The notes under the pieces were generated by a model. That model was given only the letters and a program-made list of their open reading frames with translations, was not told where the DNA came from and did no database searches. A program made the position numbers and the translations under genes. 64,000 nt of DNA from Treponemataceae bacterium (lineage in GTDB: Bacteria; Spirochaetota; Spirochaetia; Treponematales; Rectinemataceae), in contig CAXXGJ010000021.1 of assembly GCA_963677895.2 (NCBI GenBank), positions 1 to 64,000 on the forward strand, in the 5' to 3' direction. Positions 10,196 through 19,399 of the stretch are shown here, piece after piece; within the stretch, counting starts at the first letter, position 1; each line of letters begins with the position of its first letter.

Positions 10196-11254
10196 TTACT
10201 TTACTTCGGTCTTGGCGTAGGCGGCCTCGGCCACGCCGACATTGGCCGTCGTGATTTCAAAATAGGGCATGCGAACATCGCGGAACGCGCCGACTTTTCC
10301 AACTTTGACGCCCGTCATCGGCTCGATGCCGCGGACCAGGTTCACCGCTATGGTGAGGATGGCTTCGGCTTCGAAGTTGGGGTCCGACAGGACCGACCCG
10401 AGCATTATACCATCCTTGATGAGGGGCACAACCGTGGAAAGCGCGTTGATGCCGACGACGCCCATGTATTTCTTGCCGGTGAAGTAACCAGCCGATTTCA
10501 GGGCTTCTACGGCGCCGAGCGCCATGGCGTCGTTGTTGCAGATCACCATTTCGGTCTTGTCGCCAAACCTGCCGAGCCATGTTTCCATGATGTTCTTCGC
10601 CTCGTCGGTCTTGAAGTTGGCGGGCTGAAGCGCCAGCTGCTCGGTCGCGAATCCGGCTTTCTGCATGGTCTCGACCACCAGCTTGGTGCGCGCTTCGGCA
10701 TCGGGATGCCCGGGGGTACCCTTCAGGACCACATACTGCATTTTTCCGTCCTTGTTCTTGTCGAGGGACGGCTTGTTCTTCCAGGCGTTCATGATGAGCT
10801 GAGCCTGGATGACGCCCGATTCCTCCGGCGTCGTCCCGACATACCAGGTCTTGTCGTAGCTGAGGATATCGGCCGAGTCCGGGCACCTGTTGAAGAAGAC
10901 GACGGGGATTTTCCTGGCCTTGGCTTTCGCGATCATCGTCGACGCCGCTTTCGGATCCACGGGGTTGATGGCCAATACGTCGTAGCCTTTGGCGATCAAC
11001 GTATCGATCTGGTCGTTCTGCGTCGGCTGATCGTTGCGGGAATCGAAATATTCCACGCTAACATTGGGACCCAGGCTGCTTTCGAACGCCTTCATGCCGC
11101 CGCGCATGTAGGAAAGATAGGTGTTCGAGAAATCGAAGAACACGACGGCGACTTTCACCGGCTTCGCCGAGGCGCTCTTGGACGCCTGGGACCACACCGG
11201 AGCGATGGAAAGACACAGCATCGCGGCCAGAAAAAACGCAATACCTTTTTTCAT
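10196..11254 (-). CDS. mglB: Galactose/glucose-type periplasmic binding protein
   Basis: Signal peptide; [22 protein letters not shown]a-loop, [21 protein letters not shown]. Confidence 0.85.
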   Translation of the reverse strand: MKKGIAFFLAAMLCLSIAPVWSQASKSASAKPVKVAVVFFDFSNTYLSYMRGGMKAFESSLGPNVSVEYFDSRNDQPTQNDQIDTLIAKGYDVLAINPVDPKAASTMIAKAKARKIPVVFFNRCPDSADILSYDKTWYVGTTPEESGVIQAQLIMNAWKNKPSLDKNKDGKMQYVVLKGTPGHPDAEARTKLVVETMQKAGFATEQLALQPANFKTDEAKNIMETWLGRFGDKTEMVICNNDAMALGAVEALKSAGYFTGKKYMGVVGINALSTVVPLIKDGIMLGSVLSDPNFEAEAILTIAVNLVRGIEPMTGVKVGKVGAFRDVRMPYFEITTANVGVAEAAYAKTEVK

Positions 11255-11326
11255 ACTTCCTGCCTCCTGAAACTGACTTCACTCATCTCCGCGGCCGTTC
11301 ACCAAAGAACCGCCGCTATAGCAACC

Positions 11327-12304
11327 CTATGGGGCGACTATCAATCCACTGGGGAGAATCGAATCGACCAACGTAGAAAACCGAGCTTCATCCGCCGCGT
11401 CACACGCGCCGATGGCCGCGAATGAATCGTCGAGAGGATAAAGCCGCCAAGTTTCGATCTGTTCCACCCATTCGCCCGGCTGAACGATTTTCAGCGGCGA
11501 CATCGTTTCCATCTCCACCATTCGATCGTCGGCGAATGTCTCGAACGATACGCCGAAGTCGGAATATTCCGCCTTGGGGTCATGGTCGTACATCGTGATG
11601 AAACAGAGGCCCTTGTTCAGATAACACGCCCATCCATCCTCATTGTTGATGCCGATCTTGATCGGGGTATTGCGGCCCGCATCATGCTTCAGGAAAATGT
11701 AGCGCGATCCCCATGTCACTCTTCCGTCTCTCATGTCGGAATACGGCCAGAGCGAAATATGTCGATTGGGCAGCACGCCGGTCTGGCTGAGGGGTTGAGG
11801 GATTATCTCCAGCCCGCCCGCATCCACGCTCGTTATGGACCAGGCCGCCATCTCTTTGGATTCCCGTCCGATATTCTCGATACGATGAGCGATATTCACT
11901 TGGGCCGATACTCTGTCGAGCCGCACTTCCGTGAATATCCTGACGCCCGTCTCGATTCTTGGTTTCGGCATGAAACGCGCGCCGTTCTCGAGGATTTCAA
12001 AATTAACCGCTTCGTTGTCGGGGTAGAACGCCAGGGGAAAGTTATGCGGCGCTACCCATAACCGGTTGCCGCCGTAAATGTTCCAGAACGCCCCCGGGTA
12101 GAAACTCCTGTCGAAGTCCGCCCCGTGTTTTATATAGGCAGGATCCCCATTGAAGAACATCACGTTCGGGCCATCGCCCAGCGAGTAATGAATGATTCTT
12201 GGACCATAATCCAGCGTGACATAGAGCGTCGCCGTCTCGTTGGCGATGCGCACGCAGCTGCCGTATTCCGGATGGAAGGTTTTTTCCACCTTAACTTTGA
12301 ACAT
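11327..12304 (-). CDS. Uncharacterised protein, probable galactose-mutarotase-like fold
   Basis: GPRIIHY, YGGNRLW, YPDN, EMETMSP and ETW segments resemble mutarotase-like DUF proteins; overlaps the dehydrogenase stop codon. Confidence 0.55.
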   Translation of the reverse strand: MFKVKVEKTFHPEYGSCVRIANETATLYVTLDYGPRIIHYSLGDGPNVMFFNGDPAYIKHGADFDRSFYPGAFWNIYGGNRLWVAPHNFPLAFYPDNEAVNFEILENGARFMPKPRIETGVRIFTEVRLDRVSAQVNIAHRIENIGRESKEMAAWSITSVDAGGLEIIPQPLSQTGVLPNRHISLWPYSDMRDGRVTWGSRYIFLKHDAGRNTPIKIGINNEDGWACYLNKGLCFITMYDHDPKAEYSDFGVSFETFADDRMVEMETMSPLKIVQPGEWVEQIETWRLYPLDDSFAAIGACDAADEARFSTLVDSILPSGLIVAP

Positions 12305-13410
12305 CAGGAGAGCCTCTGGCTTCCGTTCTCCGGACCATTGGGTTCTATGACTACCTTGATGGCGCCTTGCTTACGGCCCACGAAGGTTTCGAGCGCTTCC
12401 TTGAATTTTTCGAGCGGAAAGGTATGCGTTATGAGGTCGTCCACGCGCAGGCTCCCCGAGGCGATGGCTTCGATGATTTTCCAGGAGACATTGGGATTCG
12501 CCCTCGAGCCGAATATCGCTATTTCGTTGTGAACGATATACTTATAGGGCAGTTTTTCCAGCACTTTATCGGTGGGTACGCCCATGAGGCCGACTTTTCC
12601 ACCCTTCCGAAGCATGCGCACCGCCTGGGCAAAGGTGCCTTCGGCGCCGCTGCATTCAAAAGCCTCATCAACCCCATCATTGCCGGTCAGCCTTCTCACG
12701 GCTTCGACGGGATCTTCTTTTTCGAAATCGACGACAGAATCGGCTCCCAACGCGGCAGCCAGCTGAAGCCGGACTCCCCTTCCCACCATGATTACCCTGG
12801 CCGCTCCGAGGACCTTGGCGAAGCGCATGGCGATGAGTCCGATGGGACCGGGACCGATGACGGCAACCGTGCCGCCCGCCGTGATGCCCGTAAGTTCCAT
12901 TCCATGAAGCGTAACCCCGGCCGTATCGACCAAGGCGCCTTCCCTGAAACTCACCGATGCCGGCATCTTCTTGACACTTTTGGTCGAATAGACATTGTAC
13001 TGCGCATAAGCGCCCCGCGAGATGAATCCATAATGACGATGTCCGGTCTCTGGTCTGCCATAGTTCTCGCAGAGCGTATATCGTCCGTTCATGCAGTTCC
13101 TGCATGTACCGCAGCCTCTGTGCGCTTCGCCGGCGACGCGGTCCCCGGGCTTCAGATCGGTAACGCCCGGTCCCAACTTCACAACCTCGCCTGACCACTC
13201 ATGACCGGGGGTAAAAGGATACGATGGCGGCCAAATCCCCGCCAAGTCGCCGCGTATAATCTCGGGATCGCTTCCGCAGATGGCTACGGCGCGAACTTTA
13301 CACAGGACCTCTCCGGCCTCGGGTTCCGGTATGGGAACCTGCCGCACTTCAAATTCACCCGGAGAAGTGAGCACCAGAGCGTTCATTAAGTTTTCCTGAG
13401 TTGTGTTCAT
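12304..13410 (-). CDS. Zn-dependent (MDR) sugar/polyol dehydrogenase
   Basis: ICGSD, GHEWSG, CGTCRNC..C structural Zn site, GPGPIG. Confidence 0.9.
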   Translation of the reverse strand: MNTTQENLMNALVLTSPGEFEVRQVPIPEPEAGEVLCKVRAVAICGSDPEIIRGDLAGIWPPSYPFTPGHEWSGEVVKLGPGVTDLKPGDRVAGEAHRGCGTCRNCMNGRYTLCENYGRPETGHRHYGFISRGAYAQYNVYSTKSVKKMPASVSFREGALVDTAGVTLHGMELTGITAGGTVAVIGPGPIGLIAMRFAKVLGAARVIMVGRGVRLQLAAALGADSVVDFEKEDPVEAVRRLTGNDGVDEAFECSGAEGTFAQAVRMLRKGGKVGLMGVPTDKVLEKLPYKYIVHNEIAIFGSRANPNVSWKIIEAIASGSLRVDDLITHTFPLEKFKEALETFVGRKQGAIKVVIEPNGPENGSQRLS

Positions 13411-13446
13411 ATATATCCCTTCTGTCGCGGCGAGCAATCTTAGCAT

Positions 13447-13488
13447 GGATCCAGGACACAGGATACATTTCATCTACGCTTCTGTCAA
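13447..13488 (-). promoter_or_regulatory. Promoter of the dehydrogenase-mgl operon with triple 7-bp operator
   Basis: Minus-strand TTGACA (13488-13483), 17 bp, TATCCT (13465-13460); TGTATCC-TGTGTCC-TGGATCC at 13467-13447. Confidence 0.7.
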
Positions 13489-13582
13489 GAAAAATTTTTC
13501 CTCATTCGACGATGATGATGCTGATTGATATGATGTTGACAGAGGAGGCTGGAGGAGGTTAAGGCGATGACTGCCTGTAGCT

Positions 13583-14485
13583 TTACCGTCCGATCATCGC
13601 CCAGATCTTTCCCATGGCTTTATCCGTGCTGGAATTGTCGATATAGCTGCCAGGCAGCCTGAAAAGTTCGAGGCTCGAGGCCAGGACGAAGCGGTTGTCC
13701 GAGGTTCTTATCGCCTTATAGCCGACGCTCTTGGCGAGTTCCACGATGTCCTTCCTGCCGGCGCCCGATCCGAAGGGAAGCGCGAGATAGCGCGCCGGTT
13801 CCCCGGTATTGCTCTCTATCGCTGCCCTGGATTCGGTCAATTCTTTAATAAGCGTGCTTTGTTCCGTATCTCCAAGGAATCTGTGGCTGACGCCATGCGA
13901 TCCGATGGTGAAAAGCTTGTTGCCTGAAGGATCCCTGTACTGGGTCATTTCCCGTATCTGGGACCAGTTCATATAGCCAATTTCCCCGACAAAACCGGAA
14001 ATGACGAAAAAAGTCGCCTTAATCTCATATTCCTTCAGCAGCGGATAAGCGATGGCATACATGGAAAGATCGCCATCGTCGAAAGTGACGAGCGCCGCGT
14101 CGGTCGTCAGCCGCATGCTGCCTTCCCTGATGGCGAGCAGGTCATCGAAATCGATAATCTTGAAGCGTTTTCTCAGGAAAGCCAGGTCGTGTTCGAAATT
14201 GTAAATGTCCCTGTTGTATTCATTGCCCGTCCTTCCGAACACAAGGTTATGGTACATGAGAATGACGATCTTGGGATCTTTCCTCTCCGGCGCTTCGTGG
14301 CCTACAAGCTCTTCGGCGCTAACGGTCATCGCTTTCCGACCCGAAACTGTTTCCTCTTCATTCCAGTAACGGATGCTGTTTCCCCGGCTTTCTTCCATGA
14401 CGGGAGCTGTCGAACAGGAGAAAAGCAGGGCGAGAAGAAAGGCAAAAGCAAGCGATGCCGTGGATACTTTCGCGAAGCGTGACAT
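13583..14485 (-). CDS. Polysaccharide deacetylase (CE4) lipoprotein
   Basis: Lipobox LLFSC; LMYH, TFDDG, SHGVSH, ALPFG. Confidence 0.85.
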   Translation of the reverse strand: MSRFAKVSTASLAFAFLLALLFSCSTAPVMEESRGNSIRYWNEEETVSGRKAMTVSAEELVGHEAPERKDPKIVILMYHNLVFGRTGNEYNRDIYNFEHDLAFLRKRFKIIDFDDLLAIREGSMRLTTDAALVTFDDGDLSMYAIAYPLLKEYEIKATFFVISGFVGEIGYMNWSQIREMTQYRDPSGNKLFTIGSHGVSHRFLGDTEQSTLIKELTESRAAIESNTGEPARYLALPFGSGAGRKDIVELAKSVGYKAIRTSDNRFVLASSLELFRLPGSYIDNSSTDKAMGKIWAMIGR

Positions 14486-14556
14486 GGATACTCCTGTATT
14501 TTAAATTATCGTGTCGCGAGTATACCATTCTTCCCAGAAAGCGCTCAACAGCGAGA

Positions 14557-16398
14557 TCAGCTGGTCGCCTTCAGCTCGCGGCGGGTGGTTTTGCGTTCCA
14601 TGGAGCTGAGAATCGCCTTGCGGAGTCGGATGGATTTGGGCGTTACCTCGACCATGTCGTCTTCATGAAGAAGGAGGATGGCGCGTTCCAGGGTCATGGG
14701 TTGAATAGGCGTCAGCGTCAGCGCCTCATCCTTTAAAACCGAACGCATGTTGGAGAGTTTTTTCTCTTTCGCGGGATTCACTTCGAGGTCGGAGTCGAGA
14801 TTATGTTCGCCGATGATCATTCCTTCATATACGGGATCTCCGGGAACGACGAAAAGGTGCCCGCGGGGTTCGAGGTGGTACAGCCCGTAGGTGACGGCCT
14901 TCCCGCTGCGGTCGGACACGAGGAATCCGGTATAATGATCGTTGAAGTCGCCGCGATATTCCTCATAGCCGGAAAAATAGGTATTCATGATGCCGGTGCC
15001 CTTGGTGTCGGTGAGGAAGGTGTCCCGGTAGCCGATCAGCGAACGGGAAGGCACTGAAAATTCTATATGAATGCGGGCCCCATCGTGGCAGGTATAGGAG
15101 AGCATGCGGCCCTTGTGGGCTGAAATTTTATCGGTGACGGTACCCGCGAAAAGTTCGCTGCAATCTACAAAAAGGTGTTCTATGGGTTCGAGCCTGCGGC
15201 CATCCTTGTATTTGAATATGACCTCGGGCCGTCCGACGCAGATTTCGAAATCCTCACGTCGCAGCTGTTCGATGAGAATGACGAGCTGGAATTCCCCCCT
15301 GCCCCGCACGATGTACCCGCCTCCGCCCTTCACCTCCGCCACCTGGATGGATACATTTTTGAGCGTTTCCTTCCGAAGGCGTTCAAAAAGCTTCATCGAC
15401 TGTATCTTTTTCCCGTCGAGACCGGAAAGCGGCGAGGTGTTGACGGTGAAAAGCATGGAAACCGTCGGTTCGTCGATTACGATGCGCGGCAATGCCTTGG
15501 GGTATTCGCTCGTGCAGATGGTATCCCCGATATGAACATTTTCGATGCCCGAAAGAACGAAAATATCGCCAGCCTCGGCGCTCTCCGCTTCCACGAGCTT
15601 GATGCCCGAGTAGGTATGCAGTTTGGAAATGTTCAGCGCCTCTCGGACGTCGCCGTCCCCGATGCACACAAGGCTGTCCTTGGAATGCGCCCTGCCGTTT
15701 ATCACCTTGCCGATAGCCTGGCGCCCGAAATAGTCTGAATACGAAAGGTCGGAAACAAGCATCTGAAAAGGCTCGCCGCTCGTGTACGAGGGCGGATCTA
15801 TCTCTTCCAGGATGGCATCGAAAAGCGGTGTCAGGTTTTCGCCCGTTTCCTCGAGCGTTTTCTGCGCGATACCCTTTTTCCCGATCGCGTAAAGCAGCGG
15901 GAATTCAAGCTGCTCTTCGTTCGCTCCCAGGTCTATGAAGAGGTCGTATATCTCGCTTAATACTTCGGCGGGACGGGCGTCCGGCCGGTCTATCTTGTTG
16001 ATGACGACGACGATGGACAGTTTCAGTTCCAGCGCTTTCTTGAGGACGAAACGGGTTTGGGGCAGTGGACCTTCGGAGGCGTCGACAAGGAGAATGGCGC
16101 CATCCACCATGGAAAGCGCGCGCTCTACCTCTCCGCCGAAATCGGCATGGCCCGGGGTGTCAAGAATGTTGATCTTGATCCCTTTCCATAACACGGAACA
16201 GTTTTTCGCGGTGATGGTGATCCCGCGTTCGCGTTCGAGATCCATGCTGTCCATGAGGCGTTCCGTCTCCTCCTGGCCCGCGCGGAAAAATCCAGACTGC
16301 CTGAACATGGCGTCGACGAGCGTGGTTTTCCCATGGTCGACATGGGCGATAATGGCGATATTGCGTATTCCGGGATTGGATGCGTCTTTATTGGGCAA
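14557..16398 (-). CDS. typA: Translational GTPase TypA/BipA
   Basis: RNIAIIAHVDHGKTTLVD, ERGITI, DTPGHADFGGEVER, GRGE, EVTPKSIRLRK; TTG start with SD. Confidence 0.95.
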   Translation of the reverse strand: MPNKDASNPGIRNIAIIAHVDHGKTTLVDAMFRQSGFFRAGQEETERLMDSMDLERERGITITAKNCSVLWKGIKINILDTPGHADFGGEVERALSMVDGAILLVDASEGPLPQTRFVLKKALELKLSIVVVINKIDRPDARPAEVLSEIYDLFIDLGANEEQLEFPLLYAIGKKGIAQKTLEETGENLTPLFDAILEEIDPPSYTSGEPFQMLVSDLSYSDYFGRQAIGKVINGRAHSKDSLVCIGDGDVREALNISKLHTYSGIKLVEAESAEAGDIFVLSGIENVHIGDTICTSEYPKALPRIVIDEPTVSMLFTVNTSPLSGLDGKKIQSMKLFERLRKETLKNVSIQVAEVKGGGGYIVRGRGEFQLVILIEQLRREDFEICVGRPEVIFKYKDGRRLEPIEHLFVDCSELFAGTVTDKISAHKGRMLSYTCHDGARIHIEFSVPSRSLIGYRDTFLTDTKGTGIMNTYFSGYEEYRGDFNDHYTGFLVSDRSGKAVTYGLYHLEPRGHLFVVPGDPVYEGMIIGEHNLDSDLEVNPAKEKKLSNMRSVLKDEALTLTPIQPMTLERAILLLHEDDMVEVTPKSIRLRKAILSSMERKTTRRELKATS

Positions 16399-16497
16399 TG
16401 TAATTCCTGATTTCGTTCGCAGCGATGTGGGATGCCGTCAGTATAGCCGATAAGGGGAGTTTACGAATAGCATGCATCCTGTGCTAAACTCGCCGTC

Positions 16498-16926
16498 ATG
16501 ATTTACGCAATGTCCATCATAGTAATCGTCGTTTCGAACGTATTTTACAGCATCACGCAGAAATCAACGCCGAACGCCGCGAATCCCTTCGCCGCCCTCC
16601 TTGTCACTTACCTCACGGCGGCCGTCGTGACCGCGGCGGCGCTGATCATCTCCCAGCGGCGCGAAGTCCGGGGTTTTTCGGAAAGTTTCAGCGGCGTCAA
16701 TTGGACGAGCGTGGCGCTCGGGATCGCGATCATCGGCCTCGAACTGGGCTTCCTGCTGGCGTTTCGCGCCGGATGGGATATAAGCAGGGCTTCGCTGATC
16801 GCGAACATACTTCTGGCGATAATCCTGATACCGGTGGGGATTTTTTTCTACAAGGAATCTTTCAATCTGCAGAAAGCGGCCGGCGTAGCTCTTTGCATCG
16901 CTGGGCTTTTCGTCATGAATCGATAA
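16498..16926 (+). CDS. Small EamA/DMT-family membrane transporter
   Basis: 142 aa, about 5 TM segments, C-terminal FYKES...KAAGVALC typical of DMT; TGcTAAACT lies 7 nt before the ATG. Confidence 0.75.
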   Translation: MIYAMSIIVIVVSNVFYSITQKSTPNAANPFAALLVTYLTAAVVTAAALIISQRREVRGFSESFSGVNWTSVALGIAIIGLELGFLLAFRAGWDISRASLIANILLAIILIPVGIFFYKESFNLQKAAGVALCIAGLFVMNR

Positions 16927-16931
16927 AAGGT

Positions 16932-17005
16932 TGGCCCAGGCCCGATTCGAACGGGCGACCTGCTGCTTAGGAGGCAGCCGCTCTATCCATCTGAGCTACT
17001 GGGTC
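16932..17005 (-). tRNA. tRNA-Arg(CCT)
   Basis: GACCCAG-TA-GCTCAGATGGATAGAGC-G-GCTGC-CT-CCT-AA-GCAGC-AGGTC-GCCCG-TTCGAAT-CGGGC-CTGGGCC-A; CCA not encoded; TTGACA and TATAAT upstream (17088-17062). Confidence 0.95.
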
Positions 17006-17143
17006 GTTGCGAGCGCGGATAATGCCGGAGATGGCTCCGGCGGCACGTCATCCGAAAGGACATTATAATAAAGTCCCAATCGTGTCAACGCCGAAGCGGG
17101 AATGTTGACCATTCGATCTCGCTCCGGTTATGCTGATACCGCG

Positions 17144-18373
17144 ATGAAATTATGGTTCAAATACGCGGCAGGGATTCTCTTCGGCGCGGCGCTCTTCGCC
17201 GTCAGCCCCAAAGCTCTTCTTGATGACGGCGGCATCCTGGCTTTCGCCGCTGAACTATCGATCAGGATCGGCTATTATGTGTTGGGCACCCTGCTATGCG
17301 TCAATTTCCCTCTTTCCGTATTGAAATTGTACGAGGAGAAGAAATTCTGGAATATCGGGATGAAAAGCCTGCGTTTTTTCATCCTCTCCCTTTTCGCGGC
17401 CACGGCGCTCGGCATCGCGGCCGCGCTCATAGTCTTGCCGGTTCGCATTCCCCTTCTTTCCGACATCTCATCGCAATCGGTTCAAAACCTGGGAAGCGGC
17501 CTTTTAGAGGTATTCCCGCGGAATATGGGCGCTCTATTCCTCAGTCCGAGCGGAACGATCGTTCCTGCCCTCATTTTCGCCTTCATCATCGGGTTGGCTA
17601 TGGCCCACGATCCGATGGCGGCCCGACCTGTCGTCAACCTTCTCGATTCGCTTTCCAGGATACTCTATACGATCAATTCGTTCATCACTGAAATCCTCGG
17701 CGTTCTGCTCATACCGGTATCGGCGCGAACCCTCCACCTTATAACGACCTCGCTCAACGGAGGAATCTACGGTTCCTTCCTGCTGATCCTGACCATCGCT
17801 TCCCTGGCCGTCCTCGCGCTTTTCATTCCCCTGGCCGTCTTTCTGTTGGGCGACAGGAAAAATCCTTTTCCCCTTCTCTACTCGGGGCTCCCTACGATCT
17901 TTACGGCCCTGGCTTCGGGCAATCTTCGCTTCTCCGGGGGATCGATGATACGCCAGGCCAGCGAAAACCTGGGGACAAAGCGTCGCTACAACGCCGCGAT
18001 CATGCCGGCGGGCTTGTTCTTTGGAAGGGCTGGAACGGCTTTCATCGCCGCGATTTCCTTCGTCATCATACTCTCTTCCTATTCGCAACTGGCGATTTCC
18101 ATACCCAGCCTCATCGCCATTTTGTTCCTTATTCCGATGACGACCATAATCGCGAGTTCGTCGATGCAGAGCGGTCCGATCGCCGTACTCACCCTCAGCT
18201 GCGGCTTTTTCGGAAGAGGTTTCGAGAACGGCTATCTCGTCATGGTGCCTATCGCGCTGCTTTTATCGATGGTAGCAGCCCTTATCGATGTCCTGTGGAT
18301 CGGCGCGTCGCAGGCGCTCGTCGCGCGTCGTTCCATCACGCGCGATCGGAAGGATGCCAGGCATTTCATCTGA
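17144..18373 (+). CDS. Dicarboxylate/amino-acid:cation symporter (SDF)-like protein, divergent
   Basis: Polytopic; FPRNM..ALIFAFIIGLA segment; GRAGT in place of NMDGT. Confidence 0.6.
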   Translation: MKLWFKYAAGILFGAALFAVSPKALLDDGGILAFAAELSIRIGYYVLGTLLCVNFPLSVLKLYEEKKFWNIGMKSLRFFILSLFAATALGIAAALIVLPVRIPLLSDISSQSVQNLGSGLLEVFPRNMGALFLSPSGTIVPALIFAFIIGLAMAHDPMAARPVVNLLDSLSRILYTINSFITEILGVLLIPVSARTLHLITTSLNGGIYGSFLLILTIASLAVLALFIPLAVFLLGDRKNPFPLLYSGLPTIFTALASGNLRFSGGSMIRQASENLGTKRRYNAAIMPAGLFFGRAGTAFIAAISFVIILSSYSQLAISIPSLIAILFLIPMTTIIASSSMQSGPIAVLTLSCGFFGRGFENGYLVMVPIALLLSMVAALIDVLWIGASQALVARRSITRDRKDARHFI

Positions 18374-18455
18374 TTTAACCGATTTATCCGTTTCAGGCGC
18401 CATTGAAGCCGCCGAGGCTTGACGATACCGAATCCCCGATTTACTATTCAAAGCT

Positions 18456-18902
18456 ATGGACTTAATGACTGTACTCAGCTCCGAGCTGATCGCTCTTCAT
18501 CTCACGGGCAGGACGAAGGATGAAATCATCGACGAACTCATCGATATCGCCATGAAAAGCGGCAAAGTCAAGGACCGGGAGCAGGCAAAAGCCTCGGTTC
18601 TCGAACGCGAGACGCGGATGAGTACCGGCATGAAGCATGGTATCGCCATTCCCCACGGAAAGACTTCGGCCGTTTCAGAGCTCGTCGCCTGCGTCGGCGT
18701 TTCCGACAATGAGGTGGATTTCGACGCCCTGGACAGAAAGGGCTGCAGAATCTTCATAATGACGCTTTCGCCGCCGGAAAAGACCGGGCCGCACCTGCAG
18801 TTTCTGGCCGAAGTGAGCATGCTTTTCAGAAGCGAGGAAAAACGCCAGGCCATCCTCAAGGCCTCCACGGCCCAGGAAGTGCTGCGAATCCTCACTCCCT
18901 GA
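18456..18902 (+). CDS. PTS EIIA (Ntr/fructose-type)
   Basis: ERE..MSTGMKHGIAIPHG, FDALD, HLQFLA. Confidence 0.9.
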   Translation: MDLMTVLSSELIALHLTGRTKDEIIDELIDIAMKSGKVKDREQAKASVLERETRMSTGMKHGIAIPHGKTSAVSELVACVGVSDNEVDFDALDRKGCRIFIMTLSPPEKTGPHLQFLAEVSMLFRSEEKRQAILKASTAQEVLRILTP

Positions 18903-18916
18903 TCATTTCATAGCAC

Positions 18917-18947
18917 AAAAAAAAGGCTGCCCATAGGCAGCCTTTTT
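18917..18947. terminator. Bidirectional intrinsic terminator between the EIIA gene and groES
   Basis: A8-GGCTGCC-CATA-GGCAGCC-T5. Confidence 0.85.
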
Positions 18948-18977
18948 CATTTGTTGCGGTATCCCGTACGCTGATTG

Positions 18978-19244
18978 TTATTCCAGCACGGCGAGGACAT
19001 CGGACATCTTGACGATGAGGTGTTCGGAGCCCTGGATCTTGATCTGGGTTCCCGCGTACTTGTCGTACATAACTTCATCGCCTGCCTTGACCTTGATCAC
19101 ATCCGTATCGGTGCCAACAGCAACGACGACGCCCGTCTGGGTCTTTTCCTGGGCTGTCTGCGGAATGATGATTCCGCCCGCTGTCTTGGTCTCGCTTTCC
19201 TTGATCTTGATGAGAATGCGATCACCCAAGGGTTTGACGTTCAT
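18978..19244 (-). CDS. groES: Co-chaperonin GroES (no adjacent groEL)
   Basis: KPLGDRIL, TAGGIIIP, YAGT, DVLA; promoter TTGACC-17-TATATT at 19320-19292. Confidence 0.95.
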   Translation of the reverse strand: MNVKPLGDRILIKIKESETKTAGGIIIPQTAQEKTQTGVVVAVGTDTDVIKVKAGDEVMYDKYAGTQIKIQGSEHLIVKMSDVLAVLE

Positions 19245-19399
19245 AAAGAATCCTCCTGAACTTTCGTTTGAATTGAGATTGCTTCTATAGAAATATAAAA
19301 AAACTGAGGCCGAGGGTCAATAGAACGAAGCGCTAGGAAAGCGGCGATTGGTCTTCCTTATCGGTCATCTTTTCATTAAATTTCAATTTGGAGCGATAA

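Noticed and set aside
16446..16453. GCCGATAA sigma28 -10 box (also at 59438-59445)
   Set aside because: No TAAA -35 element at the required spacing in either case
4507..16926. Genomic island integrated at tRNA-Arg
   Set aside because: No integrase, no att duplication found, only a mild composition shift, and it includes typA
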